Assembly (NCBI RefSeq): GCF_037042905.1
Contig: NC_087252.1
Coordinates: 17,238,001-17,302,000 of the forward strand
Origin: Lytechinus pictus
Lineage: Eukaryota
DNA: 64,000 bases
Direction of reading: 5' to 3'
Part shown: one piece after another, positions 49,701 to 63,995 of the stretch
Numbering within the stretch: position 1 is the first letter of the stretch
Layout: each line of letters starts with the position of its first letter
Translations under genes and position numbers: made by a program
Notes under the pieces: model-generated
Told to the model about the DNA's origin: nothing
What the model saw: the letters and a program-made list of their open reading frames with translations, nothing else
Database searches by the model: none

Positions 49701-51099
49701 TTGATAGGGGGGGGGGCTGACCATGCAAAAATCACAATCAGATGGTAATGTTTACGTTTTTGTAGGCCTTCATGATTTTTGGAAAAAAGGTGTGGGGGCT
49801 GAAGCCCAACAAGCCCCATCCCCCTTTCCGGTTTCGCAGCCACTAAGCATTACAATTCAATAATTCCATGAATATAAGACTTTCTTGAGTTTTTCAGTTT
49901 TCCTCATTTTCCTTCACCCCATTTACATAATTTCAGCGGAGACGGAGTAGTCCGTCGGACCACTATCTTGCTTTTACAACAAGGGGGCGCTATATCGTGT
50001 TTATTTTCGTCTTGATAAATTGATAAAGGGAAAGCAATACGAGTCCAAGTCATCAAGAAACAAAATATTTTCAGAACTGATGCCACAAGCCGAGCTACAT
50101 GAACAACATTGCTTTGCAAAAAGGCATAAAACTACTGGGGGCACACACCTAAAGGCCAGGGGTGGATCCAGCTTTCGCCAGTAAGGGGGGGGGGAGCTAG
50201 GGATCTTTTCCCCATATTTTTGCCCGATCGGCCGCTCAAAGTTGATTTGTTTTTTGAAGGGGAAGTCCCAACAGTCACTTCAAAAAAATATAATCTCATT
50301 CGCCTTCATCAAATAGTGCGAGCACGAAGCGAGAGCTTATTATGTTTTTTTTAAATATCGTGTATTTTGTCCTGAAATTTGAACATTCTAAGCAATGTTT
50401 CTGATCCTGAAAGAGATGTATAGTACATGCTTGAGCAAAAGTTGTCGAAATTCCACTCTGCCAAAAAGAGACGATTTAATTGTAAGGAATTCATGAAAAT
50501 GTTATTATATTAGGCCTATTTATCAATCTAATAAGCCTATAATGAGAGCGCGAAATCCTAGGCTGGACATTTTAAGCACTTTTGTAATTAAATGATGCGT
50601 TGGTAATATATTTTTTGAAAACTATTGTGAGCGCAAATCGCGAGCCGAAATTTTTGATAAACTGTCATGACTCACTCATATATATTGACTTCAAAACCTC
50701 CGTATCAGCCTGTTAAACAAGGTATCTCATCGAACAGGCAATGCGAGCATGAGGTGCGAGCAAAAAAATAAATGGTGACATCAAAGATTTTATTCAATTT
50801 TCCTCACCTTATTTCCTTCACTCGTCTTCCCCTTTTATTTTTCCTCTTCTTTTTATCTCCTTTCTTTTCCCTTTTTTCTTTCCCCTTTTTTCTTTTGCTC
50901 CGCCAATAACAATGTAACGGCATATCTGTCATCAGCTTGTGATTGCACACAAAGCCATGTGTGACCATATGGTAATGATTTCATAATGATGGGGGAGGGG
51001 GGGGGGGTTCCATTAAAAAAATCCCAAAATAGCTAGAGAAGCCATAAAGGTCTATATTGGCAAGAATATGATTAAACAAATACAGCCTCAAATTATTAT

Positions 51100-51515
<416 letters not shown>

Positions 51516-51949
51516 TCATAATAGATATCCGGCGTTCACATTCCAGGAATCATATAGAATATAGGCTGTACATGTAAATACTTTGCTTTCGCGGTATACA
51601 TGTATTAAAATGGAAATATACTTATTGGAAAATTATATCTCTCATCACTTCCAGCTTATTACTAGTATTTTTATCCTGTCAACTTTGCATCATTTGCATC
51701 ACGCATCTCACGTTTCAGCGAAAGTTTGTTGACCCAAAGGTTTGTATAGCCTTCTTCCAAACACTCATTCAATAAATTGTAAATCTCCTTCATTCATATT
51801 TATTTTCATCTGTAAAATAAAAAAAAAGGGTGTTGGATAAAAGATATTACTTTTCTTTAGGAAGCAAAATATAACCATAGGAGTATAAATTATCATCGCA
51901 AGACATTTGCCTGGGAAAAAAAATATGTTCAGCTCTTTGAACGTTTATG

Positions 51950-52330
51950 TTTCGATCAGCTGTGCGAACTGTACGGTACGGTACAAGCGCCTATAATAAT
52001 AGCTAGCTCGGATGCGATCTTACTCCCTGCCATGCATGCCATCACCTGTGTGGTATGAGTGTCACACGGTGAGTTGAGAGCGAGCAGCGGAGCATCACAG
52101 TGATTTTCTAAGCCAGAGAAAATAATTGTAAGTAATTCATTTGCCGTTATATTGAGGGAATTCGTGCAAGAGGTTCTGAAGGTTATAATATATGTGTCCG
52201 TGTGTAACCGTATGATTATGATCATGTCTTGACTTGACTTGAGTTTGGGCGAGAAGAGCGAGGCGAGTGAAGTCTGAAGTCAGAGATGATGCGACTGCGC
52301 GGGGCGGCGCGGCTGGAGCTGAGTTTGGAA
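51950..52330 (+). promoter_or_regulatory. CpG-rich patch; possible promoter/non-coding first exon of the 60617 gene
   Basis: Local CpG enrichment (gcgactgcgcggggcggcgcgg), TATAATAA near 51992, GTAAGT donor at 52128; inference only. Confidence 0.3.
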
Positions 52331-52506
52331 TTGGAGAACAGATTGTCTGATGTTTATAAGTATTCCTTTTTGCAGGTGTGCGTGCACTGATCATGATGTA
52401 ATATAAAGATCCAAGTGCAAGGCTCTTGGAATATGGGCAAAATGTTAGGTTGATTTTGTTAATTGATCTATTTTTCACGGGGTCCTGCTGCCTATACACA
52501 CAAAGC

Positions 52507-53056
52507 CCCGGGGGGGCCACTTCCATTGACGAGTGGATACCATGCGCGACCATGGGGTCTCGAAAAGCACCCTAAACACGTAATTTCCATATTCTGAAAA
52601 TGCACCCCTTAACAGGTATTGGCGTGTGAAACCCTACCCTTAACAAGTATTGGGAACAAAACGATACCCTTGGCAAATATTCCCTGAAATGAGCCCCTAA
52701 ACAAGTACAGGAATATTTTATTGCTATGTCACGGGTCCTTAGGTCGTCTGTTTTCATTTGGTTTATAGTACGACCCCACTTCCACACCTCGCGCAAATCG
52801 GACTCTAAACACGTGTTGGGGCAAAAAGGACATCCTTTATAAAACATTTTAATTTTGTTTTATCATCCCCGCAAATTTGACCCTAAACACGTAACTTTCC
52901 TAGCGAAATAGATACCCTTTTTTCATTATTTTTGTGTTTTTGACACCCTTATCACGTTACGTACGTAACGTGCCCTATCTTGAAAAAGACATCCTTTTTA
53001 CGTGTTTTTTTGGTCGCGCATGGTATCCACTCGTCAATGTAAGTGGCCCCCCCGGG
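52507..53056. mobile_element. 550-bp MITE with CCCGGG termini and 8-bp TSD
   Basis: ~45-bp near-perfect TIRs; TSD CACAAAGC at 52499-52506 and 53057-53064. Confidence 0.85.
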
Positions 53057-54241
53057 CACAAAGCATCCCCAGGAAAATCTTGGGGGCGCTTCAGCACCCC
53101 TACCCCCTTCCCAGGTACTGCCATGGGTTACCCCCTCTACTCCAAACTTGAGTCTTGGGATGATAATGTTGTAGATGGTGGTAAGGGGGGGGGGGTGTAT
53201 AGAGATGAAATAAGTTGTATATTGATCATTGTTGTGCAGTGGACTGAGTGAAACACGATTTAATTTTTATTAAATCTCAATCTGTGAATTTAGATTTCTG
53301 GAGTTTGAATTGTTAGAAGTAAATGAACAGTGCCTAGAAAGTCTAGCGCCCTATCCGTTAACTACTACAATCTGCACTTATATGATTGCATGTTTTGTTC
53401 ACAGTTCACTGTTTGAGAAGAGTTGTATGATGAGGATAAATGAACATATATAGCCATATAGGATAGAGTTGAATATTTAGGCCTATAATTTTGAAACCAT
53501 ATAGAAGGCCAAGTTTTTATTAATAGGAAAAGAAAATATGGATTAAAGTGTGGTTTGTACATGTACTTGTAATTCAAGGCATATCCATTTTATGATATGG
53601 ATTGATTGGTGGATACCATTTATTTGATTTAAACTGCCAAATTTTTTAATCACCTCTGAAACATACATTGTTTAAATTTTATTTTTGCCTAGCCCAAAAT
53701 TGTTAGCAATTTTCTTTGCATACAATTCACACTATGCTTTGCACTCTAGAGACAGAATTGATAATATAATGCAAAATATGACCATGAGAATACAATGCAT
53801 GCAGCCAGACGTCAGACTGGCTGTGCCATTCATTGTCCTCTGTGGGCCCGGCCTGTCTTGGCGCTCTCTCTTTCTCTCTCTCTTCGCCTTTCTGTCTGGA
53901 AGCCCCTCTCTCCGTCTCTTTGTCTTTCTTTCTCTCCACATCACCGCTTCCTCTGACCTTTCTCCTGTCTACTCCTTTTATATACCTTGTTCCCTCACTC
54001 CCTTTCTTCTCTCTTTTTTTCTCTCCCTCTCTCCTAATTACTCCCTTTCTCCCCCTCTCTCCCTCTTTATTAACTGTTTCACCTGTCCCTTACTCTTCCT
54101 TTCTCTAAACATTGATTAATCTTTCCTTCTCTGCTCTCTTTCCCACTCTCTTCCCCTTTGTCCCCCTCTACATGTAGTTCTCTCTCTATACCTCTCTCTC
54201 ATCCGGCCACCTCACAATACATCCTACAGTACCCCCTCTCC

Positions 54242-54557
54242 CGTAGGCGGCGGAAGCGGGGACCTTCCCCCCTAAATTTGAGGTGGGGGGACAATCCCCC
54301 CTATTTTTGTTTTGTTTATAACCTTTTAATTTTTTTTTATTTTTTTTTTTGCATGTCAATTTTGTTTCCTCCGTCCCCCCTAAAATTTTTATAGCCCCCC
54401 CCCCCCTGAACTTTAGGTTGATATTCTTTTTTTTCTTTTTTGTCAACAAATTTGGTTGGTCCCCCCTAAAATTTTGGTTGGTAACTTTTTTTTTTTTTTT
54501 GGCTTGTTAAAAAATGTTAGTGGTCCCCCCTAATTTTTTGGGCTTCCGCCGCCAATG
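54242..54557. mobile_element. hAT-like MITE
   Basis: TIR core GGCGGCGGAAGC; TSD CCCTCTCC on both sides. Confidence 0.75.
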
Positions 54558-55147
54558 CCCTCTCCTGCTCTCATCTGATTATTGTACTGCCTCCACCTGT
54601 CATTCGTTTGTTTTAAATTAACTTTAGACAAGGATTTGTAAGTAGTAAATGTGAAAGCATATTAAAAAATGATGATTTCATACAGATAAACTACCCTTCA
54701 TTTATAAGTAGGCCTGCCATGCATGAGATAAATTGTATCAAGATCTTGTGGTTAATGTCAGACATCCAAGAATCATGTTCAGTCGACTAAACATGAATCA
54801 ACATTTCCTGTTTTTCTAGATTCATGACCAATGACCCTTCTTCATAACCTCTCAGAGGAAAGTGAACTCTGTAAAAAAAAGTTAATCTGAAAAAGAGGCT
54901 ACCTTTGATGATGTTATAAAGGAAATGGAATAAAAAAAGAGAAAGATGACTTGTTATTTCACTGTTTCATAATAGGCCATTGAAAAATTATCATTTGTTG
55001 AAATGATTTCTTTATTTTATAGTAGCCCCCTCCCAAAATATGAACCAAACAATACTTATGATGATCTGTTGAATCAGATTAAAGTAATATCGTATTTGTG
55101 GATTGCCAAATGATGTTTTAAGGAATCTTACTTTCTTTTATAGTTAA

Positions 55148-55493
55148 AGGTCAAGTCCACCCAAGAAAAATGTTAATTTGAATTTTAATAGAGAGAAATC
55201 AAACAAGCATACTACTAAAAATTTCATCAATATCGGATGTAGAAAGTTATGACATTTTAAAGTTTTGCTTATTTTTTACAAAACAGTTAAAGTCAAATAC
55301 AAAATGAATAGTGAGTGGGTGACGTCATCAGTACCCTCATTTGCATACCGGGATGTGCATATAACCATTTGAAACTTTAATATGTCATAACTTTCTACAT
55401 TTACATACAATATTTATGAAACCTTCAGTGTTATGCTTGTTGGATTTTTCTCCTGTTATTCAAAGAAACTTTTTGTTGGGGTGGACTTATCCT
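55148..55493. mobile_element. Kolobok-like MITE
   Basis: TTAA|AGGTCAAGTCCACCC ... GGGTGGACTTATCCT|TTAA. Confidence 0.75.
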
Positions 55494-55571
55494 TTAACTC
55501 TTTGCACGCTGAATTAATTTTTGGGGGATAATAATGACAATTGTTTCCATGTTATTTTCTTTAATTCAAGA

Positions 55572-58500
55572 CAGGGCGCTACATAAGCACTTGCCCGATT
55601 GCCCGGGGCAAGTAAAAGTTAGAGTCAGGCGAGTGTTTTGAAGTAAAGACCAAAACTACTTGCCCCAATTGGGCAAGCAAAATTCTCACAGTAGAATGAC
55701 CAAAATTACAGTAGGGTTGATATGTCAATATATTGACCCTAATTTTGGTCATGGCAGGCAAGATAAAATCACTTTGGAAAAAGAAATGCAATAACAAAGT
55801 AGATCAGTTCATGTCAAAAGAGAGAAAAAATCAATGTTTTATAAAAGTTAAAACCGCATAACTTTCTTTTGGAGAGGTTAAATCTTTTTTCAATGATTTT
55901 TTCAGGCAAGTGAAATAGATTTTTGGGCAAGTATATTCCAACTATTTAACTCTTTAAGAGCCATTGGCAGCTATAGTTGCCCATAGCCCTCTAGTGCCAT
56001 TGGCAGCTATAGTTGCCCAAGTAACTTTTTTTTGTTTTTAACCAATTTTACAGCCAGAAAATCAACACCATATTCTGTGTTTTTTATGTTGTTATATTGG
56101 CAAGGAATTCACAATTGATTTTGTCATATAAAAAATAGTGGTTTACATAGACATTTTTTGAGTAAAATGGCATTTTTGCATCATTATTTTGAAGAGTTGA
56201 TTTCGGATATTGCCGCGATCTGAATCAAGGTTTCCCCTATAGACACGTGTGATATAAAGGTTGTGTGTAGCAATACACGTACTTCTATGGGCAGAGCAAA
56301 GGCGAGTGTGCGAAGGCATTCAGCTCGGAATTGACCAATGACAGAGCGGTACGATGTCTCTCACCCAATGCTACTCGCCCATTCGCTATTGTTTTATGAA
56401 TATTCATGAGCTATCGATCGGGTCTATTGCAGGCCGATATGGTAGTATTCTTGTGTCAAGGCTTTTTTCTGCCTGCAAATGTGCAAGGTTTGGGGGAGAT
56501 TATTTTGGGGGAGGGGGGGGGGGGGGCGGGGGAAGGTCTCATACTTTGTTTTTTTTAGCATTCTCACAAAATTGTTCTCGTTATAAATATATGAGTAAAG
56601 AAGTCTGTCATTTCCAACTCTCGTCGCACTGCAATCATCACACTCATTATTTATTTATTCATTTATTATTGTTATTATCATTATCATAATTAGTATTACT
56701 ATTATCGTAATCATTATTTTCATTATTGTTATTATTATTATCATTATTCTTCTCCTTCACCTTCTTCTTATTAGTATTAATGTTATTGCCATCAGAATCA
56801 TCATCATCATTATGATTATTATTCAAAAATAATTGTTGTAATCATATCAAATGCATTCCTTCTGCAGCCAAACTCTCTCTTCATAAACTTAAGATCAGGT
56901 AAATAACGGTTCATATTCGTTTGTGTTTTTATAGCCCAAACCATTACAAAAAAAAATGACTGACATTGTTATGCTTATCAATATCATATTCAAACTTCTC
57001 ACAAAAATATGGATCGTTCAATATTCTCCTCTAATAAAATAGGAAGAAGCAACAAAAAATAAATGTGATGATTAAAACGGCCGATAATACCGCTTTATTC
57101 GTCTCAAGATTTATTTTTTTCAAGGTGGATGTTTTTCCTTTGCTAAATCAAACCATTGGTCAGAGAAAAAGTAAACGGAGTATGTACAGTAATATCAGAT
57201 GTTTTGAGGAAAAGAAAAGAAAGGGATACACTAACAAAACCGATCAGACCGACCTCTTAGTTGCTGCATCATTGACATCACTATCAAAGGGATTTTAAAA
57301 CGACTTTAGAGAGTAGAAATGAAAATGATAACGATGATAACGGGTTGAATATTACATTTCTTTATACCACGCATATTATTGTACACTATGTTATCTGAAC
57401 AAATTATTTCTTGTACCACGGATAGTGCTACGAGCTGGGGATGCCCTGGGCGGATGCAGGATTTTTCTGTAGGGGGGCAAATTGTTTTCTCTTTACCTGG
57501 GTCACCCATAAGAAATCAATACCGGAACCTTTGAAAGTATTAAAAAGTCAAATAAAAAGACGCGCGTGAGCCCCGATTTCTATGAACATCCTGTGCTAAA
57601 TTACTCTCCTAGATAATAGGTCAGGAGGGAGCGCGGATTAGAGATTCCTCATGAAAGAGAGTCTGGGCATCTATTGTTCATGACTTGGTGGCATGAACAA
57701 AAGAATGTAGTCGCGTAGAATGTTAACAGGTGGCTACTTTGGTCAGACCAGTAATACAGAACAAATAGGCCTATTTTCTTTTTGAAAATTTGTATTGATT
57801 TTTTTTTGTTTGTAACTGATCTGCATTCCCTCTTCTTTGATTCACGAAAACTAAACTTTTTTTTCTTACTTCTGCGCACTTTGCCAAGAACGCCTATATT
57901 ATTTTGTGGGATTTTATACCCCAAACTTGTAAGTATTGAATCTGTCCGACCTCTCTTTATCTATATTTCAATATATCATCTTCAGTTCTTTTATATTTTG
58001 TCTCCTTTTGACTGGCAATAACTTTGTTTGTTACACTGCGAATAAAAAAATTACAGAGTCTTATTTAGAAGACTACACGAATGAAAGGGTACGGTTGGCC
58101 GCACTTTGAAGATACATGGCTCTAATATAGTATTGTGTGTGGATCGCAGCTGTGCTGTGATTGGTTACTTGATCGACGACAATGCCCTTTTTTGGAAAAG
58201 GTCGCTTTCAATTGCGTGTGTATATACATACTCTCTCGTACTTCAGAGGAAATAACTTGAATAGCAAAATAGTATTTCATTCAAAAGAGCATTATTTTTC
58301 GTTATTTCTGTTTGTTCAATTTCATCAATAGATACGTCATTTGAAAGGGTAAACATTGAACTTTCATTTTATCTTCTTAATTTCTTGGTATCTCTACAAT
58401 TCCTCAGGTTATTTACTCTTTGAAATGTTCATAAAATCATAATTTTCTAGGTTTTACTTATTGAAAAAAAAACGATGTAAAATATTACATCTTTTCTCCA

Positions 58501-58766
58501 TTTTTCCAGACACGAATATGAAAGATAATAACACGACCATAAAGCCCATGAACCATGCATCATTTCATGTGTAGAAGGTTTTATTATACAACGTACGGGT
58601 AAAGAATTATGACCATTTTAAAATCAGTCACTGCTCACGTTTCGGTCAATTTAGGATTCCCTCGAATATCCCTGGCAGTAGAGGGGTATTGGGCCTGGCA
58701 GAGTAAGAGTTAAAACTTAACTTGCTTGACTGGGCAAGTGCTTCTTAAAAGTTATGTAGCACCCTG
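55572..58766. mobile_element. hAT-like MITE split by a 2.76 kb insertion
   Basis: TIR CAGGG.GCTACATAA; TSD ATTCAAGA at 55564-55571 and 58767-58774; uninterrupted partial copy at ~19918-20282. Confidence 0.85.
55950..58709. mobile_element. piggyBac-like non-autonomous element
   Basis: TTAA|CTCTT...AAGAG|TTAA; subterminal 24-bp direct repeats; the empty site near 20227 has a single TTAA. Confidence 0.75.
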
Positions 58767-59670
58767 ATTCAAGATATCCATATTGCACCAATTATACTTA
58801 TTATTATTATATGATGTTATCAAAGAACTACTGCCTTTTATTAGCCTATCTAATTTGAAGATGGGGAGAAAACTAATTATTACAATTGTTGAATTTAATC
58901 GTACGAATGTGCAAAATTGCAACATCAGCGCACAAATGGTTGACAAAAGGAAAAAAACAAGAAATGAAATGGGAAAAGGAGAGAGACAGCCCCCTTTTAT
59001 ATCGAATTCCTGTATAGTCTCCAAGCAAGACAAAAGTATGAATTTGCTATAAATAAATGTGGTCTGCAAACTTGAAATAAAAGAAACTGATCCACTAAAA
59101 GTTGATCACTTTTGGTATTTATGTCGCTAGTTTTCTCCTTTGTTTTTGATACACCTGCAGCAGCGTGCGACACTGGCTCTGGTCCTACGGTCCCAGACTA
59201 GTAAAAATTGCTGTCGGCCCAGTAACTTTTCAGAAATAACCAGATTTACCAGTATGACATGACCAGTAAAAATATATATCAAACTAATACAAATGATATT
59301 TTCCCCTCTTTAGTAAATCATAAAAATGGCTCTGGCTGCTTATGAATTATGTTGTGTGTGTGTGTACAAGTTGTTATGGTTTGGGGGCAGTTAAAGCAAT
59401 AAAAGACAGCAAAATAAACTCCAGTCTTTTCTTACGTTTTTCCTTATTTTAGGGGAACCAGTAAATCTTAGGTTCAGCCCAGTAAAAAAAAAGGAAAACT
59501 GGGTATCTAGTCTGAAATGAACATGTTGGACCAGTAGAAAAAAGGGTTATTGCACATGGAGCCCTGTCTGCAATGTGAAGAAGTTGATAAACAATCAACA
59601 AAGCTCCTTTTTGTTTGCTATTCATATTACCCCATATTGTACAATTATTACAGTAGTTGATAGCTAAAAA

Positions 59671-59842
59671 ACCAGGCGTTGTGGTGTGTGCCTGTAATCC
59701 AAGCTACATGTATGTAGGTAAGTAAATTGATGCATAGATTGTAGTGAGCCCTGGTCACGTCTTTCGGTTGGTAATGTTAAGGCTCAGTCCCAGATGTACA
59801 GTAGATCTGATTCATACACATCTGACAGTAAACACACATACA
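59671..59842 (+). mobile_element. SINE-like element with 7SL (Alu-domain) head and (CA)n-like tail
   Basis: 59671-59707 matches the 7SL RNA 5' end at 29/37 by manual alignment to the human sequence from memory. Confidence 0.6.
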
Positions 59843-60616
59843 TTATGGTCCGAATGTGGGAGAGGGGGGTGGAGGGGTGGATAACAAGACAATTGTGACA
59901 TTGATTTTCCATTTTGATATGTAGAATAAATATTCTTTCTTTCCAAATGTAATTTCACTGTCTTTGTGATTACTTTTACAGGATGAAGACTTCTGATCAC
60001 AAACTCAAACTTATAAATGGGCAACCTTCATGGATGACACTCTTGCCTTTTTGAAAGCCCATGCGAGGACTGGTTGATGAAGGATTCCAATCATAACGGT
60101 GATATCTTCATGTTTCAAACTTTCTTATGAAGCAACTATTAAAGCTAGTGAGGCATATTAGGAGAGGGCGCCATGTCAGGTAAATGTACTTTGATCGTAC
60201 CCTGAAATTGATGTGTGCTGTCAACATGCATAATGAGCCGGTCAATGAATGTCAATTTTGATGGAGCACCAGAAAAAATCTTTTGCATGATATCCAACGT
60301 CTTTGTGAAAGTGTTGACAAAATGAGCAAGGATTTTTTTTATCACCACCAGGGAAGTTCAGTACAGGTTATTAATATCTTGTCAAGGGCTTTTATCTTGT
60401 GTTCTTTTAATTCAGCAGAAGATGTAGATTTATCTTGAATTGGTTTAGAATTGTCATAGACTCTGCAGCAAGGCGAAGAAGTTGCACGTTGTGAATGATT
60501 CACACAGCTACTCTAGTTTTGTATCCCCATCAAGTGCGATTAATCACCATCACTGCCAAGCTCTTCTTTCGCGACTGTTTGCCGAGAGAGATTTATTGAG
60601 GGTAAAAGTAAACACC

Positions 60617-61127
60617 ATGGAGGCCAGGAAGAAGATACCCCAAGATGCGAAGCCCGAGTCCGTCATTATCGATGTTCAGTCAGACTCGACGGACGGTTAC
60701 AGCCAGCTGAATGAGGACATACTGGAGGAGTGTGGGAACAGCTTCACTGACTCTGATTCTAACTCCAGCATCGTCCACTCGGTGATTGTTGTAGACCAAG
60801 CCTGCAGCACCCTTGACAGGACCAAACGGACCAATCCTCAAGCTGATCCCGACGTTCTGGTCCAGTCGGTGAAGACACTGACAACGCAGATCAAAGCGCT
60901 GACGGACAACACAAAGCAGCTGGCACTGGAGGGCTTGTCGCTCCGGAACGAGCTTGAGAGGGTGGCGGATCAGGTAGATCAAGCAGAGAAGTCAGATGAA
61001 CTCACAAAGCTCCTTGCTGTAGAGAAACTGAAGAAACAGTTGACCTTCGGTCCAGGAAGAGGAAGTGATCAAAAGAGGAAAGGTCAAGGGGATCAACCCG
61101 GTGGATCTGAGATGGACCATGCAATTG
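60617..61127 (+). CDS. First coding exon of an unidentified protein (acidic/Ser-rich then coiled-coil); gene continues past the exon
   Basis: accATGG context, 170 open codons with higher GC, heptad-like LVQSVKTLTTQIKALTDNTKQLALEGLSLRNELERVADQVDQ, G|gtaagt donor. Confidence 0.75.
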
Positions 61128-63089
61128 GTAAGTCCTTGTTTGTGTTTTAACTAACATTTCAATTTTGTGATATTTGTCAAGCATGACTGCTTCACTGCAA
61201 TATACCAGTGATGCAATACCTGCAATGTAATAATGAAATAACAAGGGCTTTTTATTATTGCAAAGGAGACGGCCGCTACATGATGTCATAGGTCCCAATG
61301 CCCTTTTCACTGGACTTTGATAGTATTTGACCATTTTTTACCACTTAATTTTTCCCCCGATTTGTACTGAAATGAAAAATGTGCCATTTTGAAAAGAGAC
61401 CTTGCACTTTATTGTAACCACAAATAGTCTAGGTGCCTCCCTCAATGGCTTATCTTTTTTTTAAGAATGGGAACCTTTGTCTAGATGCTACATGTACTTT
61501 TGAGAGAATCCACACCGGACAAGAAAACCATCATGTAGCTTGTCTCAGGAATCTGAAGAAATAGACCAACTGTCTTTGCCCCTCATTCTATGATCCGCTC
61601 TTAATCAACAACAAGAGATGCTAATCTCAATTATTAGACTAGCCTTTGAGTGTTAAAAGTAATTAAAAATGATGCTACATGTACATACATACAGTATGCA
61701 GCCACCTGGTGTAAAGCTTCCTCCAATGTGAAACTGCCATCATTCTGCTTCACAGAGTGAGCAGTTCATTTCAAGGCTACTAAAATTAGTAGCAAGGCTA
61801 GAATACAAGTATGCACAAATCTGAATTGACAAAAATTGTTTTTGTAGAACTCATATTAAAATCATTACCACAATTCGCTTGGATACATACATGTGCGTGT
61901 AGACCTGTAGAAAGCAAATTATGCATAGAGTGTCTGGGTCAACAAACTTTGTGAATATTTTTGAAACTGTTCAGAATGATGCACTTCATGTACGGTACAT
62001 GCAGTTCAAGAATTGAAAGTCCCTTTATGATTCTTACTGGATGAGCAACTGTATAAATTTCTTTTAATCTTAATATGTCACTTAGGTTTTCAAGATGATT
62101 GAAATTAATTTCTTATTCATCCACAAGCCCATTCCAGGAAGCGTTGCCACTTGACAGCTACATACATGTAGCAAAAAATAACTGCAAAAATAAAACAAAA
62201 AGTCAGCGAACTTCATCTTCTTCTGTGGAATATATGGATTATTTCCTATATTGAAAGAACAAATAAACTTTTATTTGACAAAGTCATAACTTTAATAATA
62301 ACGGGAACAAGAGAAGGAACTTTGTCAATCAATCACCTTTTCCATCCAATAATACTTGTTTGTTGCAAACCTTTAGTTTTAATTTGAACGATTTATTAAC
62401 TCATGACTCATGACATTAAACTGTTATTGTTTAAATGACATTTACTGGAGCTCTGCTTATGTCCATCACCAATCATAAGACAAGAAGGAAATAAGATCAG
62501 CTGGCTGTTTAAAACCAATAAAGTATGACTCTTATTTCTCGTAACATAAACTTTTAACCCAATTGTTGCGACATTGTCTTGTCATGTGACATATTCTATT
62601 ACAGCTAATAAAGTAATATGGCATTGTGCACTATTATCTGTTGCGCAATCGATAACAACCATACTACATTCATTACTCAATGCTACAATATTTTTTTATT
62701 AGATTGGCTTTACATATAAATATTGATTAGGAATCCTTGGCTATCTGATAGTCTGACAGCACAGACTCAGATTTGGCACTTTTGATGTGTCGATAGTCTG
62801 CAAGCGCAGACATTTGACACTTGCACCAATTACACTTTTACCATGTCTAGAGTGAAGACTAGACGCCAAACTCTCTCCTTGGTAGAGCCAGCCACAGTAC
62901 ATACATGTAGTGAATCTAGTCTCACTACTTCAGACTCTGTATTGATGTACTATACGAATTGCAAAAACCATGGGTCTGTGTCTGCAGACTAGTGTGTCGA
63001 ATAAGAGCCTCAACAGTACTACAGTACAGTGTACATATGGGTGAATCAAGTCTCCTCTATGATGATTTACATAAATTACAAAAACCAAG

Positions 63090-63330
63090 AGTACGCACCT
63101 GCAGACTAATCGAGATCTGGACGTTTATTTGTTTGGAAAATCCCACACTCACACACTGCACCAGTCCTCTCTCTTTTCCCCTTCTTCTTCAGACATGGAG
63201 AAGGAGAAATTAAGTTCTAGAAAGAGAAGGTTATTAGAGAGTGAGTGTAGGATTTTCCAAACAAATAAACATCCAGATCTAGACTATGCAGCTACATCTA
63301 TGTATTTGCGCTGTCTGCGCTGTCGCTAGT
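63090..63330. mobile_element. Small inverted-repeat element
   Basis: ~40-bp IR at 63113-63152 and 63241-63280. Confidence 0.55.
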
Positions 63331-63611
63331 CTTGCCTCCAGGCAAGGCTGATTCCTATCGATCCATCGTAAAAAATCAGAGAGTAGTGTTGTATAATCAG
63401 TTTGCCCGGGTACAGGGGAACATAAGTATGAAAGCAGATTGGAATGTGATTGAAATGCCAGAAGCTGGTACACTGGTCAACGTTTTTAGCATCATAGACA
63501 CCGTTCTCATTATGCTTTCTAAAACTAGTTTACTGGAGACCGATTCAGAAAATCAGTTTGGAAGATCGGTTTGCTAGCGTTCCCTCTTGATGGCACGAAA
63601 ATGATTTTCAA

Positions 63612-63995
63612 AGATGATGATGGTGGCGATGATAGCGGGGATGATGATGATGATGGTGGGGATGAAGATGATGATTATGGTGGTGATTGGATGATGATGA
63701 TGGTGGTGGTGATAATGATGATGATGTTGATGATATGGTGGTGATGATGACCTGATGACGACAATGATGATGGTGGAGATGATGTGACAATGATGGTGGT
63801 CAGGTGGTGGTGGTGGAGATAATGATACTTAATGATGATGATGATGATGGTGGTGATTGGATGATGATGGTGGTGATGATGATGATGGTGGTGATTGGAG
63901 GATGATGATAATGATGATGGTGGTGGTGATTGGATGATGATGATGATGATGGTGGTGGTGATGGTGATGATAGTGTTCGTCACTTAATGGTGATG
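63612..63995. repeat. Degenerate (GAT/GGT)n microsatellite
   Basis: Direct inspection. Confidence 0.95.

Noticed and set aside
59671..59842. Functional SRP RNA gene or human Alu contamination
   Set aside because: Similarity ends after ~37 nt, with no S domain, Alu dimer or poly(A).
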